A DNA stretch of 62,390 bases, filler included, from Platydemus manokwari (lineage: Eukaryota), in assembly GCA_037951405.1 (NCBI GenBank). It is 6 parts of 6 records of this genome, joined end to end, with 100 filler letters (N's around TTAATTAATTAA, not from the genome) between each part and the next. Parts side by side here need not be neighbours in the genome. Positions count along the whole stretch, not along the records: positions 42,207 to 53,102 come from JBBMOY011079965.1; positions 53,203 to 62,390 come from JBBMOY011286095.1; 4 more parts are not named here. One strand, written 5' to 3'. The notes beneath the pieces are model-generated. The model was not told the origin of the DNA. It searched no databases and saw only the letters and a program-made list of their open reading frames with translations. The position numbers and the translations under genes were made by a program. Positions 42,207-56,200 of the stretch are shown here, piece after piece (position 1 is the first letter of the stretch; every line of letters begins with the position of its first letter).

Positions 42207-45200
42207 TTGTTTTAAATAAATTTATGTACAACAAATTTTTATTTCCAATTTTGTCCGCGAACTTTATTTACAACCTAATAATAAGAAAAATTCCTTATTC
42301 ACAACAGCAATCTGAAATAATTAGCAAATTAAAACGAAGCACTTACCGTATCAGACATGTTAAAATTCCTTTAGAATTTCAGACAGTCACGTTGTTAACA
42401 AAACTTGCATATACCAAATATCCAATCACAAACAAGAAAGAAACAAAATCTATTTAAATTGAATTTAATTGAAAATTCAAGAACTGTGCACATATATGTA
42501 TAACCACAGTAACATATATTTTAACCAATGATTACACAAACAAAGACAATGAAAACAATTTACGAATTAACTTCGGGTTTTATTAAAACTAATTTTATCG
42601 CAAATTAATGAATACTGCTGCAGTTTTTTTTAATGTTTTGACTTCCGTGACACATATAAGTGAAATTGAGTAGTCGTAAAAGAATGCATTTCTAAATTAA
42701 ATTAATGAAACTTAAGATAATAATAATTTTTAATCAAAGAATCCATATAACCCTGAAAAACACAAAAATGATTAAATACATAATCACAAAATGAGTTTAA
42801 ACTATTTAAATATTTCAAATTTTATTTTAAAAATTTCACACACAAATAAGAAGTATGTGGTTGATGATGTTTTGTATTTCTGCTACGTCCGGTATTATTT
42901 CGAATAGATCAACATGTAGTTATTTTTTGTCATTAACCAATCGTTTTTTTAACTTTCATGTTATTGAAAGTTTAAAATCTTGTCACATAATTAGAACAAA
43001 GAAAATTAGCCTCAAATATGTATTGATCTTTTGATAACTGATTGTTGATCTTGACTTGTTCTTATTAAACAAATTTAAATACTTTCGTCAATTTATTGTT
43101 TGGAAAATATTTTTCATAAATTTGCAATCACATGATTATTGAGCTATGTATGCTATCATATTTGACATAGAACTTAATTGACTGTGAAAGTTTTGCCTTT
43201 TATTTCAAATATTGTTTTCTGTTTTTAGACAAAGATTCAATACTTCGATAACAATAATATTATCTAATGATTCGAATATTTAGTTAATGTTTCAAAGGCG
43301 ACAATTTTATTTTAGAAATTCCCCAACAATTTTAGTTTAATTAACATATAAACTTCCGATAAATTTGAACATATAGACCGCATTTCTAGAAAACCTATAT
43401 AATTACTAATATCATATGTTTATAATGAATATGAAGTCATTCCTATAAACAATCTGAAATTCAAACAACAACAACATTAAATTTAATTTTTAAAATAATC
43501 TACAATTTTCGAAACGAGAATTTATTGTTAATAATAAATTAATTGATACGATAATTAGATTTTACTTTTCAATTATAGATAGCTAATTTTAGATTAATTT
43601 TCCCCGAATAAATATTCAGTTCATTGATGTTCACATAGCTCATAATGCTATCAAGCTTAAAGAAAATAATTAATCATATATGTTTCTTTTATGTGAAATT
43701 TTACCTTGTGAAATTCGAAAAAATTATATTGGGAACTTATTATGAAGTATTGCATTATTGAATTGTAGATATATAAAATTTCGTTGCGATTTCATCATGA
43801 TATATATATATATATATAAAACAGATATTTTAAATTTGTGAGTGACTTTTTGTGTAGCAAATCTATTTTCAAATTTAAAATATTTTATTAATTGGTTTTC
43901 AAAATTAACAATAAGAATGAAAAAGTTGTTGCTTTCTCCTTTATTTTACCTGCGGATTTTCAGAAAATATGACGACACAAAAGAAAAAACCTTAATCCAA
44001 AATCCTTAAATAATCCTTTAAAATGGTAAACACATGCTCGTGAGAGCAACCAATTAGGTATATTGAATTTACAACTAATTTTAGATCTACATCGTTGATT
44101 GGTGCATACCTACAAGAAGAACTAACTAAATTAGAATGATTAAACCAGGATAAAACTAATTGTAAATATTAAATTGGAATTTGAGCATTAATAATTGAAA
44201 ATTCAAATTATTATTCATAAATCTAACAAATTTTAATTATAAAATGATCTGGTAATTTTTTGAGAGTAGTGAATAAACTTATCTGATGAGTTGAAGCTGT
44301 CTGGTAGAAAAGCACAATTCATTTAAACAATTCAATATATCTATAACTTCAGATACGCGAATTAATTCAATTCTATAACTTTACAAAAAGGAGTGTAAAC
44401 CGACTAGGACGCAATCGTGCTTCGTTTCTGTGTAATACTAGTAAGGCTCTAATCTCAAGTATATTTCAAGTTTTACTTTTTTTTGCAATTTGTAATGGGA
44501 TTGGCTCACTATTTATACTATTTTCAAAGTGGCTTATTCTCTCATATGCCTTGACTTCAGTTTATTTCTTATATTTTATTTTTTTCTCACTATTAAAGTG
44601 AAGATCGACAAACTTTTGGACGGACTTTTTAAATTAATTTAGTACTTTCATAAACTTGTTTAAAAATATGCATTTTTTAAATTTTTTTTAATTTTTAGAT
44701 ACCGGTAGACTAGAATTTTGTCCATGGTAAGTTTGACGTCATATATTTTACATTCAATATTTACTTGTTCAGACTTTTTTCACAAAACATATATGAATAA
44801 TTAAATATCAGGAAATTTAGATTTAGTAAAGAATCAGTCTTTGAAGTTAAGTGTCAGTTAAAAACAGACTCTGACCTAATGTTCGCTCTTACTTCAAATC
44901 AAAACGAAACATTAAAACGGAACGTGATAATTATTATTATACTAGGCAGGGTTTATAATAACACAAGAAAGATAATATATTATAAATCGAAATCCACTTT
45001 TAAACAACTGTACTTTTATTTGATGATAAATATATACTTTTTTCTGGTATCTTAATTGTGATTTACTATACTTAATAATCATGTTTATATATATTTAGAA
45101 TTGGTTTAAACTAATGCTGTTCGACACAAATTAATCTGAGGCAGTAGATCGTTAATCTTTAAAAATTACCAAAACTCTGAGATATTTATCTGAAGAAATT

Positions 45201-46763
45201 ATAAATGCTCAAAAATTGATAAATATTTTATAATTAACTAAACAAAAATAGAAGATGATCACTAAAAATATGAAAGTCACAAAGCAGTGAATAAAGGTTA
45301 CCGACCATAAAAGACTTGCAGCTGTTCCAGAATAACGACTGGTTTTAAAATGTGTTGTGTGTGGACTTACTACTTGAAATTTTACTTTTTGTTAGGACAA
45401 TTTAAAAATTTACCCAAGTTTTTTATCATCTTTTATCATTTTCTTTTTTCTCTTATGCCATTGGTGCGATTTTGTGTTTGTAATTTTCTGTAGGCATGCA
45501 CTAATTGAAAGTAATTATCCAATCGGTGAATATTGATTTTAAGACATCTGATTGGCTACTGAAACGTGTGTCTGTTGTATCTGTGCAACTTCTCTTTTGC
45601 AGGCTGTTCTAGCAGTCGTTCGTTTTGTATTAAACTCCATACATTGGTAGGAATTATAAATTATCCACAACTATAACTGTAAATCCAATATTACGTTTCA
45701 AATCTGTTAAAACCCTTTTTTTCTAAATTTTTGTTTAGAAATCTATATAAAAGCCATTATGATTTGAATTGCAAAGCCAAAAATTTCATCAAACACAACA
45801 TAAATAAAAAATTTATTTATTAAATCAAGTATAATTTATATTATCTGTTTTATAGTTAATGTATGTGCGGAGTGCTTTTAAAATCTATTTCGATAAGGCC
45901 AAATTTCCAGTAATATTTATGCATTATGAAACTTGATTCCACCATTAATTTGGAAATGCGAATATACAAGAAAATGGCTTTTTATGATTTAAAAAATATT
46001 ATTCATGCAGTCATAGATACGATATGCATGCTTAATACAATATAATTATATTATAAAATAATATTATTATAAAAAAATATAATTTCGTCCATAATTCTAA
46101 CGTTACTAATAATAATACCTCGTCCAATTATTGTTATATACATCATTTTTTTTTCAAAATTTTTAAAAAGTCGACGAACCATTGCAATACGATTAACAAT
46201 ATTTTTATTATTAAACCGGAGTAATCGTGAATTTTGTACTTACTGTATAAAATTATATTTTTAATAATAAAAACTTTTAATAATTTCTGAAAAGTCAGAT
46301 ACTACTACTTTCAGCAGTAAAGATATGAAATCGGAATAGAAAGAGCTTGAACAGAAAATAAAAAACAAAACCTGAAATAATTTATCTTGATTTCAAATGG
46401 TAACAATAAATTCCACTCAAAGAACAAAATAAATCAATCGAATTCAGATAATTTAAAAATACCACTGCGAAATGTAATATGCGATCGTCACAACACATAT
46501 TTGAGAACATCATTTAATAGTTCCAGGCCTGTAAAAAATACCAAATGTAAATTTTTAGGAATTCCCGACAGATATGTTTTACCAAATAAAGGTTACTAAT
46601 AGTACGTTAAAAAAATTTATCGCAAATAACCAGTAGTTCGAATCACAAACCGTAACAAAATAAATGAAAAACGAATCCCAAAATCTAAGTTTGTATGTCA
46701 GCACGTAAAAAATATTTATTTGTTCTCAAAACCAAATATCTCACCATTTTTTCTTTAATAAAA

Positions 46764-48743
46764 CTATTCATACAATTTTGGAATCTTATCATCATTTTCA
46801 AAATCGAAATTTTCTTCATTGTCTGGTAACATCAATTCATCAAAAGCTCCCAGGTTGTCATCGAAATTATCGGTTTGGAATTTAAAAAGATCATTATTAA
46901 TATTAACTGATAAAGGAGGTTGTTGTTTATGTGTGGTTTGAATATTATTCGGCATCAATATGCCTTGCATTGGATTTGGATTTGATATAGGAATTTGATA
47001 GAACATTTTACTAGTTTGTCTCGTTATTTCTTCATGTCTTTGAAGATAAACTTGATATGGTATGGCAATGTATGTTCCGTCGATATTCAATTGAAAATAA
47101 TTCATATTTGTATTCAAATATCGTTCAAATATTTGTCGTAAAGAATCATCGACAATTACATTATTTTGACTGCTGTTAAAGTTGATTGGAGTTCTAAAAT
47201 AGAAGTGATAATTATAAATTGCAAATATAACTGTCGAATATTGTAGAATGTTTTTTCGTTAGTTTACCAGCTTTTAATATCCATAAAATAAGATTTTATC
47301 AATTAATTGATGAATCAATATCATTGTTTTATATTTGTTTAAAAGTATCAAATATCTATTAACGCGTTATTATACTTTAGCAAATTTAAAATTCAATGAA
47401 GAATTATTAGTGTTAAAAATAATGGTTATTACATAAATTTTTAAAAGAACTACGTAACGAAAACCATGATGAGTTATTGAAGAAGACACGCGTAAGCTTA
47501 TACAGAAAACTAGTTATTCTAAATTGTTCTCTTAAACAACTATGTTAGGTGTACATAATATTTCGATTTCATGAATTTAAAGGAATAAATAAGCTTCTGA
47601 AATTCATAATAGAATATTTTAATAGTAATATGCTTGAGGTGGCATTGGAAAATTTCAAAATAGTGATGATATTATTTCATATTTAAAAAGATCTTAGAAA
47701 GTTAAAGCAGTATTATTGGAACATATAATCAACTGCATGTCATTGGATCTAATATTAAGATCAATATAAATTAGAAAACTAACTAATTCTAACATAAACA
47801 ATTTTTAATACACCATTTTGATCAGTTGATAGTTCCGTATTTTATTCCAAAATATTTACTAAAGTTCCGCATTTTTATAACTACTCATTAATATTATTGA
47901 ATGTAATAATTAGATTATAAAATTTTCTTAAAGGTATTACTTGCAAAAAGGACAATTATCGATCATCCATCCGGCATAGAAGTTCAAAAAGCTGTATAAA
48001 TCAATCGGCTGTATGTGTCGGCATTCTCTGAACCTGATTGGATATTGAATTGGAAGATTGCTCAAAGGACAAAGTCTTGATGCAATGGTGTATTTCAATT
48101 TCGTTTGATTGCATTCATAAGCTACCATTCGATTCAGTTGAGCCGTTATCGATGCATAGTTGAAAGTGGCTTTAAACGTTTGAAAAATTGTTGGTTCATG
48201 ACTCACAAAAACATGGAAAGCTGTAACCTTTCGGGGATCGATTAAAAATCATATTGAATTACAAAATAATATAAATTTACCTTTATTGGTTGTCGTAACG
48301 GTGTAAAGCTGAGAATATTGTTACCAGTCACACAAAATGCTTTCAATTTGACATAGAACAGCAATGGGATATTGTTGTGATAAATGTGTTCAATCTTGAC
48401 TTCGTTATCATTGAGATGTATCTTGTACGTATCAGCAGGCCAATAGACCATGTTCAAACCATTGACCATTAACCGTGATACTAGGACGATATTTAGGTCT
48501 GTTCGATGTTTGATGTCTCTGTAAAGATTGTTAGATACATTGAAACAAATTTGTTTGGTGTTGTCTGGTAAGGCTGTTGGTCCGAAGAGAGTTCCACCAC
48601 GAACTGACATACAAATCGTATCTATTTGTTTCAAGAGAATGATTGAATTTTATTTAATTTTTTTTAATAATTACCTTTTTGATTACATTTTTGCGTTTCA
48701 TACAGAAGATTCGGAGGATTATTTCGGAAATACGTTTCTGGGC
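46764..48743 (-). CDS. Compact ZMIZ/PIAS-like SP-RING (MIZ zinc finger) protein
   Basis: Exons ~48743-48675, 48621-48281, 48227-47941, 47193-46764 are phase-compatible. VRGGTLFGP...YWP (ZMIZ-like), SP-RING CPLS..PIQYPIR..ECRH...CPFC, then VIVDDSL and an acidic tail NDDKIPKLYE*. The 5' end is unresolved. Confidence 0.82.
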
Positions 48744-51189
48744 TATTTATTTTCTTTATTAATATATGAATCTTTTTGTTATTATTATTATAAAAATCAT
48801 CTTACAGCAATTATAGAGGTTCTGTCTGTCATTTAATAGGTTTAGGAAAATAAATCTGGTTTTTAATGAAAATCTTCAAATCAACATTTGGATTGGGCAA
48901 ATATTTAAACAATAAAAAACAATTTAAATTTGAAAAAAAAACATTTTCAAATTTAAAAAATTTACCACAAAAAAAACCATTTGATGAATTAAGAAGTGGA
49001 CGTCGAAATGTCTAAAAAATGGGTATGCTACTAAATTAACATCTATCAGATGGGAAAGATATTTCATTAAGCAGCAGGAAATTTTCTGATCCTATTATTT
49101 TCAATTAAAACAGAATCAGGAAATAAAAACAAACCAAATATCATTTATTAAAATCGATTGCTGCCACTTCCAATTTCAGGTTGAAATTTGATAATTATTG
49201 AAAAGATTTTTTCTGGTTTTAATAGAAAATTAATGAAATTATTGTTTTTATTTTGTTTTTCAGATATTTAAACGCAAAATTTGCAGAAAAGAATTTCTCG
49301 AATTTGAATTTTAAAATTAACCAATGAAAATCGAGTATTGATAATTGCGTAATTCTAAAAATTACACGTAAGTTTTCATATCTTCGATATTTGATTTTAA
49401 GAATAACCATAAAATGATTTGATTTGAAAAATTGAAAAAATTTTCGTTTAAAAATGAAAATAAAAATTATTGATATCAATTGTTCGAGAAATTATAATAA
49501 TAACGTAGTTTATTAAAACAATTATTTTCAAAAGTCTAAAATTTTCTATTACTAGACTAAAGTTATGCCGTTTTTAGACACTCATTTTCCCATTTCGGTA
49601 ATTTATTAAGTTAATTGGAATTTTTTTTGCAAACTCAAGGTTTATAACAATATTCGAGTTTCAAGTTTAATGATCTACTTGAATCTTAACGTTTTTTTTA
49701 ATGAAATGTACTTCAAATAACACTTGCTAAAGTAAAGCTTGAGAAAACAATTGTTGATATTATGAGTTAAGATTGTAATTCGAATTTCTTATAATAGATA
49801 GAATATTTCCAGTATGCAATGGTTGGATTTACATATAATTTTTTTTATTAATTAAATCTAATTAATCCCACATCCTAATGCAAGAATGATTTGTTTATGA
49901 TGAAGTTTTTATCATAGAGATTCCATTTAATTTTATTGACTTATGAGAACGATACAATGTTTATTCTCTGATCGCAGTCATCTAGTTTCACTTTTTTCAG
50001 ACGACAGTACGTATGTGTGTGTATGTGTGGGTGGGTGAGAACATTATTTGAATTACCGTGACAGTAGGCACAGCATAAGATCGGAAAAAAAGGCCTATGT
50101 TATAAAGACACAGACTTCACCAGTTAGAATTTTTTCTGGTAATGAAGTACTGTGTACAGGTTATCGAACTCGCTAAGAGTCAATGAAGGTTTTTAAATAG
50201 AAAATTCAATTTTTATGTTTCGAGAAACGTAATTATTTTGTGGCAATTTTCTGTTTTAAGCTAAATACATCGTTATTAACATTAATAATTTTTCTTGCAA
50301 AATGTTTTCTGTTCCTCAGCAAGATTAAAATTCTACAATCAAAGAACATACATATCGCAACGATAATTTTCCAGTCTACAAAGCAATTTAATTTCAGTAA
50401 ATCAGTATTTATCAAGATTATTGATTAAGTCTAAAAATGATTTACTGGAAATGAAATAAAGACTATAGAACAACTAATATTTGGATATTTTTGTTTTCAA
50501 AATTAGATTTTATTTATCATAAAATTTTGTAAAATTGCATTAAATCTGAAAGGATTGAATCATACAGCTACTTAGTTAAAACTAACCAGAAAAATATTTG
50601 ACAAATTTAAGCAAAGAGAAATATTTTGTTTCAATTATAAAGTTAAGTGATTTATTATAGAGTATTTACAGTTATTTTTAAAATCTTTTATTTTTAATAT
50701 CAAATTTCGAGCTTTTACAAAAACGACGATTTTAAAAATACCAATACGAGATAATTCAGTTGTTTTGTCGAGAAGAGGTTTTTGTTAAAAATATTTATCA
50801 AGAAATTAAATATATAAATTTATATTTTTCAAGAATTAATAAAATTTATCATTTCCATCAGTGTGTAAAAACAATATTTTTTTGTTATTTTTCTGTTTAT
50901 ATGGAGTTCATCTTGGATTTAAATATCGGTGTTACTTCGAACCTCTTTTTCATTTGACAATCTCACTAATATCAACTGATTTTTTGTATAATTACCTTGT
51001 TAGATTATTATTATTATCATTGAAATCCTGGCATGCAGTAAATATGGTGAAAATCAAAGCCATAGTTTTAAAATAAATATCAAAAACTTAGATCAGTACC
51101 CGAAAAAATATATATGCGAAAGGCTAATGAACTTAAAAGACAGGCAATTCTTAACTAGAGTTGGGTCTTTTAATATAGTGTTATGAGCA

Positions 51190-52450
51190 AATCCGGTGTC
51201 ATGCTGTATATGATTTCCAACTTGCTTGAGCCATTTGGACTTTGTACCGATATTGATTTACTGGTTGAACAGTGTTTTTTGTGTGTTCATGTATCTCTGT
51301 GATCAGGAGTTTGATTATTCGCTTGTTCCTAGAAATTTAAAAGGTTTTTATGTATCACGTTTGAAGAATATGTGGGTCTGTGATTCGCCTTTATAAATGT
51401 ATTTTTTGTGCTGTATCCCTTTAATATGTTTTATTCAATGTTCTGAGTGTAAACTTTATAGAAGGATCTAAATTCTTCTTTTCTACGAACAACACTAATT
51501 TTCAGTTTTAGTGCTAGGGTGTATTAGAAATATCTGCAATATATTATTTGTTCTTTCCATCTTACCATGTAGCTTCTTTTGAAGTACTGTCTTAGTATTT
51601 TTGATAATTCCCTTATTTTTGTTTGTTTGCATACCTCATTTGATGGTTTAAAATAAATATTTATATCTATACCTGATTGACATTAAAAATAAAAGAAAAA
51701 TCTCTCCATAAATTGGTTTGAAAAATGCTTTATTTGTTAAAAAATAAAATTTAAGAAAATGAGTTCTTTTGTTGAAACATCAATTACAAGTGAAGTAGCC
51801 GCTACTATTAGGTGTCATGCCATTGTAGATTTTATTCAGTGTTATATATTGTTAATTTTCATTTTCGACATTTTTAAAGGAATTTCTCACAATATTTTTC
51901 ACCACTTACTTCTTAGTATATCACGTTTATGTACAGATAACTAAATGGTATATTCTTCTGTAATATGAGTATTCTTGAACTTCTGTTTTCTCGAAGTTGG
52001 CAATTGTTGGAGCAGATTTCGATACTTTTAGTATTTGATGTATTTTTCTTTAATTTTCTGGGCATTGCTGCTCATATTAAGCATATCTATTATATCTTTT
52101 AATGATATAATGACACAGTTTGACCTAGACCATATATGGAATTTCATGGTTAGGTAGTAGAAGTCTTTCGGTCATGTCTTTTTAAATTTGACGTGGACAG
52201 GGTTTATTGCTTGTCTTAATCATTATTTAATGTATATGTTGACTGTAATTTAGTCGCCCTATTTGTGTGATTGTATTTTCTGAAACTGCCATTAATCTTG
52301 GTGTAAGGAACGTTGTTTGGATGTGAAAGATAAAAATGCAATTTATAGGTTGGTCTTTCTTGTCATGGTATTTCACCAAACACGGCTTTGATTAAAAACT
52401 TATGTTCTCCACATCCTGTGATTGAGACTAGATTCTTTTGGAAAGGATGA
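51190..52450 (-). mobile_element. Decayed Penelope-like element (RT and GIY-YIG remnants)
   Basis: Remnants LVKYHDKKRP (cf. LPKxHK..RP) and IYKGES...FKR (cf. YIGxT...FKxR..EH). The motif gtgtcatgctgta is shared with ~57953. Confidence 0.4.
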
Positions 52451-53102
52451 GAAAATAGCGATTACATAAAAATACTTAAATTGTGGCCAGAGTAAAATAA
52501 AATTAAAAATACACAACAACGTTGTCAGATTCGAGCAGTGAGTTGGAGTGAATTGGTCATTAATTCGAATTTATCATAGAGTAAAATACGAAATATTGTA
52601 TTTGAATCTCTAACTGATACTGAGGTATTATTGATTTGCAAATGGAATTGTCATTAATCCAATTAACCAACTTTCATAACTTTTTAACTTATCTTGGGAA
52701 ACTTATCAATTGTGATTATTTTCATGGATTTTTAGAATTAAAAAATAATAAATTTTAAAATGGGAAATTTGTGATAATAATTGACAAATAGATAAGATAT
52801 AACTGGTATCGAAACTAGTGATAAACATCCATGACAAATAGTCTACTACTTATAGATCGAGTCAAATTTTAACAAATAGTAATAAATTCCAACTATTAAT
52901 AATTTTTCTTAAAAAATCCAAATCTAGTTCCAATTATAAGCCTGGGAAAACCGATTAACAAAATATAAGAAGTATTCTAAATATTAAAACAATATCGTAT
53001 TAAATATAAAAATTTTAAAATAAAGTTAAAATTGTTTTTCGTTTGGCTTTTGTTTAAGTTAATTAAAATTTCATGAATAATTATTCTTGCAACAAACAAG
53101 TT

Positions 53103-53202
53103 NNNNNNNNNNNNNNNNNNNNNNNNNNNNNNNNNNNNNNNNNNNNTTAATTAATTAANNNNNNNNNNNNNNNNNNNNNNNNNNNNNNNNNNNNNNNNNN
53201 NN
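53103..53202. other. Artificial contig spacer
   Basis: Same N44-TTAATTAATTAA-N44 block. Confidence 0.97.
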
Positions 53203-56200
53203 ATTTCAAACAACTAAAATTCTTCTTAAGTACTTCAATAAAAAATTCAAAATGTTTTTAAAGAATATAATTAAATAAAATATGTTTATAATATTACAAT
53301 AGACTCAACAAATTTAAAATTTCATTTTAGGACGCTTTTTTTAACTTAAGCCAAACCTTTTATTTAGGTCAATAATTTATTTTCCATTAATAGTGTGAAC
53401 CACTTTTCTATATATTAGAAACAAAATTTATAACAATTTATATTCCTCTAAATGTAAAGTGTTGAGCAGGATATTAAAATATATCAAAGGTATTGAATGA
53501 AAATTTTATTTTCAATTATATATCAATAAAATGAAAGCTGTTCATAAATATGATTTTTAAAAATAGGAAAAACCATTACAATATTAACAATCATTTTAAT
53601 TTTAAAAAATACAAATTTATAATTTTCATTTTCACATTGTTAACTTTCTAATCAACTGACGGAAAAAATCTCTCACTTTTTTGCCTTGATCTTTTTGTAT
53701 AAAAATAAATTCAAAATCAAAGATGAAATTACGTAAAACAGAATTAACCTTACATTTTATTAAGATGTTAAGATTATAAGAAATGAACCTTTGGTTGTTA
53801 ATGATTTTGTAGGAATAAATCTTCTAAACTTTTCTGTATCACAATATAAATTTAGAATTTAAAATCATTTAACGAAACAGTACAGTTAAAAATCATTGGT
53901 AATAAAATACGTAGCGATTTCACGATAACTTATAAAAATTGAAATAGCTCATTGATTTGGCTTTCTGAGTCAAATCCACAATTTTCTTTCAATTTTCTAA
54001 CAACATTTTTCACAACAATTATATTCTATAATTTCAATCAATCAACGTAATGATTTTATGGAATATTTAAAATAATATTTCTACAAATTCACGAAGGAAA
54101 AATGTTGCCAGATTAATTATATATTTGCGTATAACATTTACGTTATCCATCAATAAATGCCTGATGTTCTGTTTTGATCTCGCTGCAAAGTATCAACAAC
54201 GATTGTCGAAATTTTATTCTTTAATCAGCTGATGAAATAATTGTGTCTACTGCATTAATAAATGTTCGGAAATTTTCAATTGGATTGAATGGAATTGGTA
54301 TCAGGACATTCTGTGTTGGTTAATTTTGATGTTATTTTTTTTTAATTTGGTTATTTTAATTGAATTTAAATTAATCCTACATTAAGATTACTGAACGATC
54401 TTTTAGTCGATTTAAGAATTCTGGACAAATTTCGATTATACTGGCATTGAAGAATATTTTTTTTCTAATACTCATGTTCTACACACATCAAAAATGGGAG
54501 TTAGTTAAACAGGAAAAATAAATTTGGTATCTGGAATAAGTTAAATAATTGGTATATTTTTCTGATAATTTGTTAGTTGGATTTTGTATAAATCGATGAA
54601 TTATTTTTCGATTTTCAATTATTTTATTATAGAATAAATTATGATATATGAATTATTATTTGAAGGGTTATGAGAGATACATTGATTGAAAATTCTATCA
54701 AATTGTCCTAATCAGTAATCATTGTATTGAAATTTTTATTATAAATCATATTCTAATTCTCTCTATCAAATGAAATAGAAAAGTTGTTTGAAAAAACCAC
54801 GTTTGATAAATGAAATAAATATCGCTCTGATCTGATTTATTTGAATTGATATTTTAGAAGAAAAATAAATTGAATATATAAATATTATTTATAATCTGGC
54901 TTTCCTGTCAGTTGAAAGCTTAAATGAATGAGCCTGCAGATTTTTCTATTGAAAAAATTTTGAAAATGCGTTCAATTTTCATATCGAGTGGACTACTAAT
55001 CCGGATGTAGTTCTTTGGTAAGACCTATTTAAAACGAAAATTTCTAACTTTAAGTTTGATTTATACAATTATCATTTCTAAAGTTGCTAGGAATATTTAA
55101 CAAAAATATTAATAAAATCTTTCTCTTGTTTCTATCCCTTTTTTTGAATGTTGTATTATCATCGAAATTACTGTTCGTCGCCTTGGGAACAAAACTGATT
55201 AGCTATGGTTTGACCGAGAATGAAAGGCCATTGTAGATAATTTCAGTTTTGAATTTATTTCACAATTTTCCCTTTAATTATTTAAATTATCTTTCAATTT
55301 TTCCAGTTGTATTAAAATCCGTTCAACTGAAAACAAATTCCAGTTATTTTTGTAAAATACAACCCGTTTGTTTTCCTAGATTTCAAATCTTCCAAATTGA
55401 ATTTCTATCCCATTGATGAGCGTTTATATGCTTTTTCAATTTGAATTCTCTAATTCGAATAAATTGCGAGCAAAAAATGGTTATCATCAAAAGACGACAT
55501 ATCGATTGAAGAACAGAGATTATCAAACATTAAAATCTGCTTATTAAAGAAATGGCATTTTATCAACTCGAATGCAAAAATGCGAAACTATTAGACCGTA
55601 GTACATCATTAAAAAAAATAAATATTACACGTTTAGTTTGAAAGTAAATCTCTAGAGTCCATTTGAAAATTTGATTCTATCTTGACTGTTAGGCACATAA
55701 CCACGTAAAACCCAAGACAGAAATATTCCCTATCAATTCCCGCCAGTAGACAGGCATATTATATAAATGTTCGAATTAAAGTCTCTCTTAAGCGAGTCAA
55801 TAAATTGGCGATCAACATTTTGTTATCAACATCGATATTGTCGATGAATTTTGAAGGGAATATTCTGAAAGTAGCTAATTTTTTATCATCGTGAATGAAA
55901 AAGGAAAGATTTTGAGAAAGTAATTGCATTATTATTATCATTATTATTATTTTGATTATAATAATTGATTAATTAAATTAAAATAAATTTGTAAATAAAA
56001 TTATTTTTTGTACTAAATTAATTACTAATTTATTACCATTAATAATAAATAATTCATTAATAATAATTATTATTACATTCTATAACATAATTAAGATGTA
56101 TATTTTTATGACGTATTGATAACAAAATTAAGTAAAAGCTAAATGTGATGTTTTGCGATGACATTTTGATACAAATCGGGTTTTATTTTATTTTTCTAAT

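Noticed and set aside
55130-55941. Possible GPCR-like pseudogene on the minus strand
   Set aside because: Only vague hydrophobic segments with stops and no diagnostic motif.
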